DNA of 61,597 nt, the filler included, from Basidiobolus ranarum (lineage: Eukaryota), in NCBI GenBank assembly GCA_040143965.1. It is 17 parts of 17 records of this genome, joined end to end, with 100 filler letters (N's around TTAATTAATTAA, not from the genome) between each part and the next. Parts side by side here need not be neighbours in the genome. Positions count along the whole stretch, not along the records: positions 25,468 to 28,993 come from JASJQH010002430.1; positions 29,094 to 32,619 come from JASJQH010002431.1; positions 32,720 to 36,244 come from JASJQH010002432.1; positions 36,345 to 39,868 come from JASJQH010002433.1; 13 more parts are not named here. The stretch is one strand, 5' to 3'. The translations under genes and the position numbers were made by a program. The notes under the pieces are model-generated. The model saw only the letters and a program-made list of their open reading frames with translations. It searched no databases and had not been told where the DNA came from. This document shows positions 25,468-38,190 of this stretch, piece by piece (the stretch's first letter is position 1; each line of letters opens with the position of its first letter).

Positions 25468-25720
25468 ACAGTAGATGTGTACATCATCAACACCGGGGTC
25501 AATGTCAAACATTCCCACTTTGGAGGTAGAGTCACTCTCCTAGTCACATTGATCACAGAACTCATGCTCAGTGATAGGGTTTAGGTATAAGTCATCTCAG
25601 GACGTCGCTCAGCAAGCCAAGACCAGTGGTCGTAAGAGTATTGCCCACGTGCCACTTGGTGGTGGTAATAGTGAGATCTTGAAACAAGCTATTGATATTC
25701 ATCGTCGCTAAGCGTACATG
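25468..25720 (+). pseudogene. Subtilisin/proteinase K-like protease pseudogene fragment
   Basis: VDVYIINTGVNVKHSHFGGRV (catalytic Asp changed to Asn), frameshifted DHRTHA (for GHGTHV) and KSIAHVPLGGG (for KSVANMSLGGG), with deletions and stops. Confidence 0.75.
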
Positions 25721-27399
25721 AAATAATCTACTAATTATAATAACCATGAATAGAAAGGATCCTAACCGAAAGACATCTAACCCAAAATCAACATGGGTGC
25801 AGCATGTAGGGAAAGAAGGAAGAGGTACACCTTCAATATTAAAGGGATGCACAGCATGAATGTATTATTACCTGGCCCTAAATGTTGTTGATCGATCCTA
25901 CGCTTATATTATTGATTACTGACTGATTGATTACTGACCCTAATCCCTTAACAACAAATGAGTTGATCTAGTGTCTCAGCTGAGCTCAAATGGCAGGCTT
26001 TGATATTAGGAAGGTAATTATTACTCTTGCTAACATTACATACATTCATATTCATTACAGTTGGTGAATCAGCTTTGTGCTGATCATATGCAACTTCTGC
26101 TATCTTCAGAGTTAGTGAGAAGCGATGTAGAGAAGAGCTTGAGTGAAAGCATCCATCAAACTCTCCCAGAGCTGCTGCTGGAGAGAACTGTTAACGAACT
26201 GGCGATGAGTTTATTAGTATTGATAAATACGTTTATGAATAAAAGATAAAGAAATGGGTAGAGTAAATCATACAGCTTATATTTTACGCCATACCTCTAG
26301 CCTAAAAGAAAGAAAATTGGCTAAACGTTCAGCTTAAAGGAAGGGATAGGTTCTCTCGTAAAGCTAACAATTATATTGATGTCCCTGATACTCATTACAC
26401 ACTGATGAATTAGCACTACGTTCCTTTGTTCCCGAAGTATCTTAAAGCAGAACCAAGTTGATCAGGAATTTAACCCTCTTATTTACCTTTTATATGTGCA
26501 TCCCGTTTCACACAAACTTTAGAATAAAACACAAACTATCAAACAAAACATATTCATCTGAGTATCTTAGGGTTAGCAGTAAACAAGATATTTAGTTATA
26601 ATAATGACGAAATGGCTAAATACTTGATAAAATTCATGGCGGCGATCACAGTTTCTCTTACAATTAAACTGCATTTTACAGGACTTAGATTAGACAGGAC
26701 TTACCGACTAGTGATGAACAGGACTTAGATTAGACAGGATTTACCCACTTGTTATTAACTCTTCACATCTGAGTAAGGTACCAAAATGTTGCTTACTTAA
26801 TCCTCCCTACGGCTATTAACTATTGATTTGGTTTTACTTTTCGGTCAAGTGGATATTTGCATCATCTGCTTCAAGTCGAAAATTGAAAAGGTTTGTTGCA
26901 ATTTCTTGATGGTCCAGTTACAAATATTTTCATGAATTCTATTTATATTCATCAAGCTCTAGACATGGTATTTGCATTGAACAGAATCAAAGACCCACTT
27001 TATATGTTTACAGTCAATTTAATCTGCTCTTTTTATACGTTTACAGTCAATCTGGTATTGCTCTTGACTTTGGCCATTGGTCAGATTGGAAATATTGCTC
27101 TTGACTTTGGCCATTGGTCAGATTGGAAAGCATGCAAAAAGATTTACCTTTGTGTGTCACTAAATCCGCCAACAGCGCCAAATGTTTCAGTATAGAAATC
27201 GGCCAATAGCGCCAAATGCTTCAGTGTAGCCAATCTAGTCACTTGTTTGATGATCGTAGTTTGGAATATAAACAGCGTTGGATTAGAGACAGAACATACA
27301 TCATCGCAAGTAATCACCACTTCTATCACTGTAAGTGCGATGATCAACCAAGTATATATCTTTTCTTTATTCTTACTCGACTTTTCTTTATTTTAGATC

Positions 27400-28113
27400 A
27401 TGAGGGTTTCGATCATGAGGGTTTCGAACCTACGCGTTCTATGTTACTGCGCAATAGCTCTTTTTTTTATGTTGCCTGTGCAAGCAATAATTAATGGTGG
27501 CTTTGCAACAAGCCCATTTCTGAAAGGTGTTGTGAGAGTCAATGATGATTGTACTGGTGCATTGGTTGGAAACAAATGTGTGCTCACTGCGCATCACTGT
27601 CTTGCAAAGGGTAGATTGGGGGTAGTCATGTTCCCGGAGTTTAAGAATAGCGTTGTAATCGAAACGAACAGATCCTCACCTATAACGGCATCTTGGTCTC
27701 CTGAGTACAGTGAGCAACGTTGCTATGATATGGAGATTGCACAACTGAAGGATTATCACAACATGGGGTACAATCTCACGAATATCACTGCGGGAGACAG
27801 CACGGGTGTTGCAGGATGGGGGTTTATCAATGATTACACTCAACCTAAGGAATTGCATTTCCGGCAGTATACAGCCAAGGCAGAGTATTCGTCCGAGGGT
27901 GTTGTTATCCCAGTGATGGACGGTGTTTCAGGTATAGCATTCCGTGATTCTGGGGGTCCTCTATTCACATGCATTGACACAAAGTGCTCTGTTGCTGCTG
28001 TAGCCAATGGCAAATCAAAAACTTCGAGTTTCTTGAATACCAAACATGTATTTTGTGACGTGCGTTCTAACTGGGAATGGATAGCCGAGATTTTGTCAAG
28101 CCAATGTTACTAA
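27400..28113 (+). CDS. Secreted trypsin-like (S1) serine protease, 237 aa, intronless
   Basis: Signal peptide ending PVQA, mature N-terminus IINGG, CTGALV..CVLTAHHC (His), YDMEIAQL (Asp), RDSGGPL (Ser). A second in-frame ATG at 27415 comes from a 15-bp tandem duplication. Confidence 0.85.
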   Translation: MRVSIMRVSNLRVLCYCAIALFFMLPVQAIINGGFATSPFLKGVVRVNDDCTGALVGNKCVLTAHHCLAKGRLGVVMFPEFKNSVVIETNRSSPITASWSPEYSEQRCYDMEIAQLKDYHNMGYNLTNITAGDSTGVAGWGFINDYTQPKELHFRQYTAKAEYSSEGVVIPVMDGVSGIAFRDSGGPLFTCIDTKCSVAAVANGKSKTSSFLNTKHVFCDVRSNWEWIAEILSSQCY

Positions 28114-28717
28114 GCTGATCATGTTGAAGCTGTGAATATATATTTGAGAAGCAGGCTTTTTTAATTAATAAATAGTTGGTCAGTTAATACACAACTGCTA
28201 CTACACAACTGCTACTACACAACTGATAGTATACCATTGTTGGAAATAATTGGTACGCTCTTGGAAATCTCTTTTTTGACATCCATATGAGTTAGTTAGG
28301 TAGATAATATTCATACTATTTGACAAAATGGAATTCTGCAAAGTAACATAGAAAGAACTTAATTTAATGGTCAAAAATGAGAGAAGAGAGAAATTGGTTT
28401 AGGGGAAACAGATTGCAAATTCACAAGATATCTTTGTGCCATACACAATTGTCCTGTGTATAGCCTGCAATGCATTGCATATGACAAGTGGAAATCTCAC
28501 ACATAACCCCACAATACAGCTAGATTCTTCTGGGGCTATTATTGCTTTTTATTTGAGGTAATCAAAAAGCCAGAGATATGTATACTCACAGTACAAGGGT
28601 TCAGAACAGGGTAGTTGAAGCATCCTATTGCAGGAGATGAACAATCTTGGTTTGACTTGTGGGGAAGATGGAAAACACTATAAACAGTGCATTTGACAAA
28701 ATATGTAGGCACCTATA

Positions 28718-28993
28718 TGTTGAAATTAGCATTGCCTAAACACATGTATAGTCATATATATCTTAGTACTTAAGTATCTTATATTTCACTAAGATGTTAT
28801 CCATTATTCTCAGTCAGAATTTACTTTGAAAAATTTTACATATCTGAGAACTTTTAAGTTGGTAAAAAGTATTCTAACTTGTGCTAGAAGCCCCAAACTT
28901 TGCACACATGTTCCTGGGATCTTCCTTAACACATTCTACATGTTGGTTTGCTTTCATCTTGACAAAACTATAAACGTCAACTGAATACTCAAT
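28718..28993 (+). mobile_element. LTR family A (truncated by contig end)
   Basis: Starts TGTTGAAATTAGCATTGCCTAAACAC and matches the other LTR-A copies. Confidence 0.85.
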
Positions 28994-29093
28994 NNNNNNN
29001 NNNNNNNNNNNNNNNNNNNNNNNNNNNNNNNNNNNNNTTAATTAATTAANNNNNNNNNNNNNNNNNNNNNNNNNNNNNNNNNNNNNNNNNNNN

Positions 29094-31798
29094 CAATTAT
29101 CGCATATTTCATGTTTGGCTTGGACAGAGATGCCGGTAAATTCTTCATTTTCTTGTTTACCAATGTTTTGACAACTTTAGCTACAACAGATCTCTTCAGG
29201 TAAGGACATCGCGCTTTCCATTGAAATGACGTTGAACTAACGCTCTTTATATTTGATTCGTTGTAATATCAGATTACTTGGAAATTGTAGTCCTTCGATT
29301 TACGTTGCATTCCAGCTTACAGGTGTATCCCTGATTACGCTGATTACGTACTGCGGTTACTCCATTCCATATAATAAGATGCATCCTTGGGTACGTATCA
29401 TCTCTTGTGGAGTTATTTTCAAATAATGAACAATACTGAATTTCAACGACGTTTCTAGCTATACTGGATTTATTGGATCGATCCCTACGCTTATGCCTTT
29501 AAAGCCTTGTTCACCAACGAAATGCGTGGACTTAAGTTTCCGTGCGTTCCACCGTTAGGTTTAGCACCTAGTGGACCAGGCTATGATGATACAGCTCATC
29601 AGGTCTGTGTTCTTGCTGGTGCTAAACCAGGTGAACTATTTGTTACAGGGGAGGCTTACCTTGAAGCTGCCTACGGATACCTAACCTCCCAAATGAGCGT
29701 CGATATTATCGCTGTGCTTCTCTTTTGGTTATTCTTTGTAGCTTGCAATATGCTTGCCATGGAAAAGATTAACTGGGTTACTGGTGGATTTGTTAAAAAG
29801 GTTTACAAAGCCGGAAAAGCCCCTATTCACTCCGACGAGGAAGAACTCAAGCGGGTCCAAGAAGCTCAAGAGGCATATGACAATATGGGTAACAGCTTTG
29901 CTGCTGAAGCTGGAATATTTACTTGGGATAGTGTTAATTATACTGTTCCTTTCCAAGGTGGAAAATTGCAACTTCTAAACAACTGTGAAGGTTGGATCAA
30001 GCCGGGGCAGATGACCGCCCTTATGGGCTCTTCTGGTGCTGGTAAAACCACGTTACTTGATGTACTTGCAAAGAGAAAAACCATTGGCGTTATAGAGGGA
30101 GATATTTTCTTGAACGGGAATGCGCTACATATAGATTTTGAACGTATTACTGGATATGTCGAACAAATGGATGTTCATAATCCCTATTTGACTGTTCGTG
30201 AAGCTTTACAATTCTCAGCTAAAATGCGTCAACCTATGGAAGTTCCACTAGAGGAGAAGTACGAGTATGTCGAAACTGTCTTGAAAATGATGGAAATGCA
30301 ACATTTAGGAGATGCACTTATTGGTATGCTCGAGGCGGGAGTCGGGATTTCAGTAGAAGAGCGTAAACGCTTGACAATTGGTATGGAGCTTGTTGCAAAG
30401 CCGACCATTTTGTTTTTGGATGAGCCCACCTCTGGTTTGGATTCACAGTCTTCCTACAATATTATCAAATTCATTCGCAAGCTTGCAGATTCTGGTATGG
30501 CTTTAGTGTGTACCATCCATCAACCTTCTTCCATTTTATTTGAGCACTTTGATCGACTCTTACTACTCGCCCGTGGTGGTAAGGTAGCATACTTTGGAGA
30601 TATCGGTGAAAATTCGGCGGTTATGAACGAATATTTTGAACGTAATGGTGCTCGTCACTGCGATCAGTCGGAGAATCCCGCTGAATACATACTAGAAGTT
30701 ATTGGTGCTGGTACTTCTGGAAAATCATTGCAGGATTGGACTGAAGTGTGGAGAAACAGCCCAGAGGCAGTTGAGGTCAAGAAGGAATTAAAAAATCTCA
30801 ATGCAAATGCTACCAACGAAGTCAAGAATCCTAATGCCTGTGAATTTGCCACTAGCTCCGCATATCAACTGTGGGAAGTGTATAAACGCATTAACTTGAT
30901 TTGGTGGAGAGATCCTTTTTTCAATCTCGGACGCATTTGGCAGGCTTTCTTCATTGGCCTTCTTAACGGATTTACGTTCTGGAAAATGTCAGCAACTCCG
31001 AGTGAGTTACAACTACGTGCTTTGATTGTTTTCCAAGTTTTAATCATGGGATTGACTTTGATTTTCTCTATCCAACCACAATTCATGGCCCAACGTGCCT
31101 TCTTCCGTCGTGATTATGCCTCGAAATATTACGGATTCTTCGCATTTGCCGTGTCAATAATCCTCGTAGAAATCCCTTATATGTGCGTAGCCGGTGCACT
31201 TGGTTTTTTGCCACTCTATTGGACGGCTGGATTGGAGACTACAGCGTTGGACGGATTTTACCTCTACATTCTCTTGGTCATTTTCCTACTGTTCTCGATT
31301 TCGTTTGGACTCGCGATTGCTGCGATGTTACAAAGCATGGCGCAAGCGTCAATTGTTACACCCATCCCAAATACATTTTTATTCTTATTTGCGGGTCTTT
31401 TGTCACCACCTGCCGCTATGGTGACCTTTTGGAGATCATGGATGTATCCCCTTGATCCTTATCATTATTTCTTGGAAGGATTTGTCACGACCATTTTCAA
31501 CAACATGGTAGTCAGATGTGAAGAGGCCGATTTCACACGATTCACTCCACCAAGTGGGCAAACGTGTGGTGCGTACAGTGCCGAATGGTTGAAGTACGCT
31601 ACTGGCTATTTACAGGATCCATCAGCTACTGATATATGTAAGTACTGTGAATACTCGAGCGGCGCAGAATTCCTTCGAGTATTTGAATGGTCCATCGAGC
31701 ATAGGTGGAGAAACTTTGGCATTCTGTGGGTGTACTATGCCTTCAATGTGTCAGTTTTCATACTGTTTGTTTGGTTGAACAGGAAACCCAAGCGATAA
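29094..31798 (+). CDS. Full-size ABCG/PDR-type ABC transporter, C-terminal part (5'-truncated)
   Basis: End of TMD1 ([19 protein letters not shown]), NBD2 with Walker [21 protein letters not shown] and [11 protein letters not shown], then TMD2 and Cys-containing loops. Introns at 29200-29272 and 29391-29458. Confidence 0.95.
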
Positions 31799-32161
31799 AT
31801 GCGTGCCCATCCAAATCACCTAAATCTTCTTCCATGGTAGAAATTTAGTATTTCCATCTAGACCTTTGGAAGCAATACCTTGCCTCCAAGACACCTTTCT
31901 TGATCCCCATTATTCCAGGTTTTTGTCCTATTGTCCATTTAGTTTGTACTGAATATCATCCCTTCTGCATTCCACCTTTGCCCCTGAACACTATATTTAC
32001 ATCCTCAGAACTTGCTTACATTGGTCATCAAGTTAAGTATGGATATGATTCAGTATTGTTGCAATATTTGAAAAGATTGATGTCTTAACTGTCACTTTAT
32101 TTAGATTAGTATATAAGCTAAATAAAGTCCACACCACCTGGTGCATTTCATCCCCCCTATC

Positions 32162-32619
32162 CTAAATGCCAGTTCCATTACCACATTTGTCATTATCAAC
32201 ACCTGTTCTATCCCAATTGACATTACCACAGTTTCCAATTTCTTAAGTACCAGTTCCATTATCATCCTTGCCATTGCATTGTCTCCTCCTTTTCTGCCAC
32301 TACTATAACTATTACCATCTCCGCGCTTTGCAGCATCGTAAGCACTATTTCCATTGCCATTATCCCGTCCATTACCAGAAACACCGTTGTCATAACCATT
32401 TCCATTTCCATTGTTTCCAATATCATAAGCATCAGCTCCATTGCCGTTGTTGCCATTGTCTCCTCCAGTTCCGGCACCAATGCTACCATCTCCTTTGCCA
32501 TAATCACCATTTCCAGTATTATAGCGCAAGCTCCATTACTACTCCCATTTCCAACACCATGCGTATTAGCTCCATTGCCATTATCCCTGCCATTACCTAA
32601 ACCACCGTTGTCATCACCG
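32162..32619 (-). pseudogene. Gly/Asn/Asp-rich low-complexity repeat protein, frameshifted fragment
   Basis: Repeats such as GNGRDNGNG and GNGADAYDIGN continue across two frameshifts (near 32525 and 32278) and a stop. 5' end lost at the contig edge. Confidence 0.55.
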
Positions 32620-32719
32620 NNNNNNNNNNNNNNNNNNNNNNNNNNNNNNNNNNNNNNNNNNNNTTAATTAATTAANNNNNNNNNNNNNNNNNNNNNNNNN
32701 NNNNNNNNNNNNNNNNNNN

Positions 32720-33085
32720 CACCATTTGCATGTTAAACTTCCAAAGGTGAAAGTCTTCACCATCAAACTTCTCCATGGATGCAAAAGCATTGATAATAGT
32801 ACTGGTTGACATTTCTTTAAGAACTAGCTTGGGGCTCATAAAATGATAAAAGTGTTCAGGGGATTTGGAAGTGTTTGAGACAAGATTGGAATTTGTGAAT
32901 TTGACACTCAAGTTTTATTGAATTGAATATGTCCTACTTATAGCTTACTATGTGATAGGACTATTGAACATGCTTAGATCATAAAAAGCATGCCTGTTAA
33001 GCATGGGTGAAAATTTGAGGTGATTTGGAGTTGTTTTGAGAACATAGGGAAAAGTGGTATAAGTGGAAAATCCTGCTTTAATAAC
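32720..33085 (-). mobile_element. Copia family B 5' LTR remnant, PBS (32831-32843) and gag start (ATG 32812)
   Basis: Minus strand CACTTTTATCA-TTTTATGAGCCCC, then MSTSTIINAFASMEKFDGEDFHLWKFNMQMV. Confidence 0.85.
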
Positions 33086-33169
33086 TTTGCTGGTGTTTGC
33101 TCTAAACATGTAATTAAGCAACAAACTATTGTACTTTGTACTTGACAGCAAAATGAAGCAGCACAAAAT

Positions 33170-35400
33170 GTTATTTAAACCATAGTGGAGATGGCAGGAT
33201 CAACAATACTTTTTGGAATTTATATTACTAATACTAGGCTGAATATGTCTCCATTGCACTCTACATCAACAACAGATGCCTAACAGAATTGTGCAGAATT
33301 CTACTCCATTTGCAGCCTAGTAGTGTTAAAATCACGTGAGGTTTATCTCAGGATCATTAGTTGCAAAGCCTTTTGCTTAATTCCATCTCAAAGTCACTCT
33401 AACTTAGAGCCCAAAAGCTGTATTTGGATATTTCTTGGTTACTGACATAGGTCAATGGCTTACAGACTATTGAATATCAAAAAACAGAAGTTAATTGAGT
33501 GTGGGGATGCAGTTTTTTGATGAAAAGTCAAATTCCTCACTGCATATCACAATGTTTGAACCAGAAAACAAAATCAGCACTATTCAGGAAGTGTTTGATA
33601 AAACTACAGTAGTATCTGCACCCAAGTAATCCACAAGGAGAAATCAGCCAGGGAACTTGAGGTATACTTCTAATGATGATGTACACATTTATGCAGCATT
33701 CTGTCACAGGCCATAGCCATTGTGTCAAGCTCCAGAGTGTCCAGAATCAAAATTATGGAAAAAATCAATGTCTCATGTGTTTCCTATACTTCAGGACAAT
33801 AAAAGTGTTTTCTAAGGCCTCTATCTTCAGAGACAAAGCCAACAGGTAGCAAATTTATAAGGTCAAAACTGAGCAGATGGATCTATGAAAGAATACAAAC
33901 CAAAATTGTTGCTAAAGGATATTCCCAGACTCCAGGAGTTGACTTGGATTAAACATTTGCCCCTGTAGCTGAGTGTAGCTTTATTGGAGCAAATCTGGAA
34001 CTCTCAGCCTTCTAAAACCTTGATTCATGTTGAATGCATGTAGAAATAGTGTTTCTGAATGATTTCTAGAAAAAGAGGGCTCAAAGTACCACCAGATGGA
34101 TTTGTTCACCCAACCCACTCTGGAATAGTTTGTAACATGCCAAAAGCTGCTATATTGGCACATGCAAGCACCCAGGCATGGTATAACAAGATAGATATCC
34201 ATTTGAGAACACTGGAATGCCAAAAAATCACAGCTGTTACCAGTATTGCCATCAAAGCAACCGGAGATACAATTCTTGTCTTAGACACTATATATGGAAG
34301 ACTTGATCATAACAACAAGTAATCTGCAATCTATTAATTAGACAAAAAACTGCTCAGCAAACCAAGTACAAATGACCGATAGAGGTGTTCTCAGATATTT
34401 TCTTGAAATCTGGATCATAAGAGATACACCCAATCAGAAAATCATGCTTACTTAGTCTTGATACATCCTAGGGAATGTAGAATGCTTCAACAAGAAGAAT
34501 AGCAAACCTGTTTCAATACTTATGGATTGCAATGTGCAATTATTTGATTCTCCAGCCAATGTGGCCCAACATGACTCTAATCAAAGCAATGAGTTCCCTC
34601 AGCTGCCCCTGGTGGGTGGTTTAATGTATTCAATGGTTGGTACCTGTCCAGAAATTGCTGTGGTGGTGGGAATTGTCAGACAATTCCTCACAAATCCATA
34701 AATTGAGCATAAAGCAGTAGTAAAACAATTTCTCAGGTGTATGAGACTAATTATAGATCTAGTTGTAGGATATTCTGGCACTGCTGATGCATAAAACTCT
34801 GAAGACTACTGCAATGCATATTGTAAAGAAACCTTAATGAAGGCCAATCAACAACTGAGTAAGCTTCTCTCTATGGCAATGGAGCCATAACTTGGAAATA
34901 TAAGAAGCAACCACCACAGCAGTATCCAATACAGCAGAAGAGTATATGGCTGCCTCTGCGATAGCACAAGAAGATTTATGCTTAAGGAAGTTATTTCCTG
35001 ACATTGGATACTTGCAAAGATGTGGTATTATTGTAATTGCAGATAATCCAATTTGCTGTTCATTAGCTAAAGGCTTACATTTTATGCTAGAACAAAACAT
35101 ATAGTTGTTAGCACCATTTTATCAGAGAAGTAATAGAAAATAATTCAATTGAGCTTGTCCATTGACTTAATGAACAATTGATTGCTGACATTTTAACAAA
35201 ACCTTTACTTAAAGCACAATTGGAATTAGTGAAAATATTGAATTTGGATGAAAAGCAACTCCTCACTTAGTAGTTAGTTTATTCCTGATCTGATTATTTT
35301 GCACACCATTCTGACATTGGAAAATGTGTTTTTATTGCTGTAATCAATGTATATATCAATTAGTTCACTTTTGCCAACTTCAATACTCTCTCAACTATTT
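33170..35400 (+). mobile_element. Highly decayed copia pol (integrase C-terminus, RT, RNase H) with LTR-B remnant at ~35265-35400
   Basis: Fragments VAKGYSQTPGVD, KKQPPQ..TAEEYMAAS and LIADILTKPL across many stops and frameshifts. Confidence 0.75.
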
Positions 35401-35790
35401 CACTAGTTCCCTGGCTTATTTTACCTTTTGGATGTTGTTCTAGATCCTGAATCTTCCTGTGATGCAACTGGGGCAGCATTTAGGTTGAATTGTGCTCTGG
35501 TACAGCTGGAGTCATCAGGCACTTCCTGAAGGGTGTTTATTGGATTTTCTGGATCAAGAACTGTGATCTTAGGTGAATTATTGCCTTTTTCATCAAAAAT
35601 AACATCTTTGCACTTAATTTGAATTTGATTTTTGATATCTAACAGTCTGTGGGCCTTAGATCTATCACAGTAATAAAGTGTTGGGCATCTGTTTTAGGTA
35701 CAGACTGCAGTGGAGACAGATTTGGCCCAATATTGACAATCTAACTTTTGATCATGCAACTCTAATCTTGCCATCTTCACTGTGGTAATA
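35400..35790 (-). mobile_element. Copia integrase C-terminal fragment
   Basis: Minus strand VKMAR..LHDQKL..YWAKSVSTAV..NRCPT and SKAHRLLD..KDVIFDEK. Confidence 0.6.
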
Positions 35791-35829
35791 TTGTCATGCC
35801 CCTAACAGAAAGTTGAGGATTGTTATTGT

Positions 35830-36244
35830 AGGAAAACCATCACAATTTAATCCATTTGGGATTGAATGTTTACTTATAGTCATAATGTTGTCAAGTTAAA
35901 TTTGATTTTAATCAATTTTTTCAGTTTCAGGAGTGAAATTTCAAGATCTTGCAAATAGTTGCGCATGATTGGCTACAATCTCAGGGAACTATGGATGAAC
36001 ACATATGCAAATAATGTAACTCAAATTTTACACAATTACCACTTGAACGCTAATTTGTCACCTTCAAAATCCCTAGTGTCTTTGATATATTCTCTTGAAC
36101 ACTTTCACAGAGTTCTTCATACCCAAGGTTTAGCTCATACTCAACACAAGTTTGTATCAATATCTCCATCAAAGCCCACCATTGTATTAATGTTGCTGAA
36201 TTAACATTCTTCCAGCTATCTGGCGGATACCCTGTGATATTGTG
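35830..36244 (-). repeat. Unclassified dispersed repeat with a decayed ORF
   Basis: Reverse complement aligns with ~59028-59445 and with 58080-58207. It translates as GYPPDSWKNVNSATLIQWWALMEILIQTCVEYELNLGYEEL. Confidence 0.7.
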
Positions 36245-36344
36245 NNNNNNNNNNNNNNNNNNNNNNNNNNNNNNNNNNNNNNNNNNNNTTAATTAATTAA
36301 NNNNNNNNNNNNNNNNNNNNNNNNNNNNNNNNNNNNNNNNNNNN

Positions 36345-36432
36345 ACTTTCTACTCAATAAATCAACAAGTGAAAACCACCAATTCCTCTAATTCTCCAAA
36401 CCACTTCCAACAGGCTCCCAAATACTTTAACA
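36345..36432 (+). mobile_element. 3' end of an LTR family A copy
   Basis: GTGAAAACCACCAATTCC...CCCAAATACTTTAACA at the contig start. Confidence 0.8.
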
Positions 36433-36933
36433 GTTTATACCTGTTCCCAACTGGGGAACCAGAGTCAAGCATCTAGAGGCTGCAGATACCTTACATTTAA
36501 TCTTAGTGCTCTCTCAGCCCTCTTCTTCTGCATCAGCCAGCTATTCAGAACTTTTCTCCAGTGTCAGAACAAAAGTTATTAGACAGGTTAAATGTTATAC
36601 TAAGCAAGTTTCGCTTAGAATCTGTTGCAGCCCTCTTTAGCTAGGCCCTCCTACTTGGTTGCTTTCTTTAACTCTTTTTCTACCAGCTACTCTATTACGC
36701 TTTGTCTCCTCCACACGCAGATCTCTCTCTGGTAATAAGCTAAATGTATTTAACCACACGCCATAAAATCTAGGAAGTCTAGAAATAGTGCACCCCCATT
36801 ACTTAGATCTGGTAACCAGGATTGGTCTATCTGCCATATATGATAAGTGGAATATATGTGAATCTCAAGGTACAGACTACTTTACCTACTTGACCCCTGA
36901 TAGTATGATATATTAGATCTTACTAGTGCTTTT

Positions 36934-37270
36934 TGTTGGAAATGACATAGCTTAAGCACCTATATAGCCATATAGTTAGCTACCTAAATTCTATTATGTT
37001 ATTATTCAATATTCTCACAAGGAATCCACATGGAATATTTTACAAACTTGAAAGTTCAGAGATCATATAGCTTTCCCAAACTTGTTCAAGAGACCCCGAG
37101 CTTTGCATACATGTTCCTGGGACCTTACAGAACATATTCTATGTTTTGGTTTGCCTACTTCTTGACAAATATACTGATTTATACTTCCACTTTAATGCGT
37201 CCTTGAATGAAAACCACCAACTCTAGCAACTCTCCTAATCTCTTCCAATGACTCCTAAACCACCTCAACA
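36934..37270 (+). mobile_element. Diverged LTR family A copy
   Basis: TGTTG...CAACA termini and the core CATGTTCCTGGGACC. No target-site duplication visible. Confidence 0.75.
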
Positions 37271-37423
37271 TATACAAGTATTTCATTTATGCTTTGTATC
37301 TGGCTGTTTGCAGCTATTGTTTAATTAATTTGCACTGTCAAGGAGCTATTCTTCTAGAGACGTTGATGGTTGATTTGAAAACCAATATTTAAACCATTGA
37401 AGATATTATCATAGGAGCAGTTG

Positions 37424-38190
37424 TGTTAAAGGACTTTGGGAGACTGTTGAAAGTGGTTTGGAGAACTAGAGAAATTGGTTGTTTTCATTAATTGATTTAT
37501 TGATTTGCAAGTTGGTATTTGTAGTTTGTTTATTATATAAACTGTTGAAATTTGTATTGCCTAAGCACCTATATAGTCATATATGGCTTAGTACTTAGTT
37601 TTCTTATATTGAACTAAGATATTACCCATTATTCTCATGAGGAATTTACTTAGAAGTTCTCAGATATATAATTTTTTTCAAACTTGTGTTAGAAGCCCCA
37701 AGCTTTGCACACATGTTTCTGGGACCTTCTTTAACACATTCTACATGTTAGTTTGTTTATATCTCGACAAAGTTATAAATGTCAACTTTCTATGCAATAA
37801 ATCAACAAGTGAAAACCACCAATTTCTCTAATTCTCCAAACCACTTCCAACACACTCCCATATACTTTAACATAAACAAGCAAACATGTAGAATATGCTA
37901 AGGAAGATCCCAGGAGCTATTAAAGTATTTGGGAGTGTGTTGGAAGTGGTTTGGAGAATTAGAGAAATTGGTGGTTTTCACTTGTTGATGTATTGAGTTG
38001 AAAGTTGCAAAGTTTGGAGCTTCTAGCACAAGTTTGAAAAATCAATATATCTGAGAACTTCTAAGTTGGTGTCAATATTCTAAGTAAATACCTTTTGAGA
38101 ATAGTGAGTGATATCTTAGTGAAATATAGGATAACTAAATACTATGCTATAGATGACTACATAGGTGCTTAGGCAATGCTAATTTCAACA
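37424..38190. mobile_element. Nest of three LTR-A copies
   Basis: A minus-strand LTR (37424-37542, continuing 37873-37917) is split by a plus-strand solo LTR (37543-37872, TSD TAAAC) and abutted by another minus-strand LTR (37918-38190). Confidence 0.85.

Noticed and set aside
25195-25720. A subtilisin prodomain start and a subtilisin catalytic fragment on either side of a gap, looking like one gene
   Set aside because: The gap is an artificial spacer between size-sorted contigs, and the downstream piece is a pseudogene. The adjacency is most likely coincidence.
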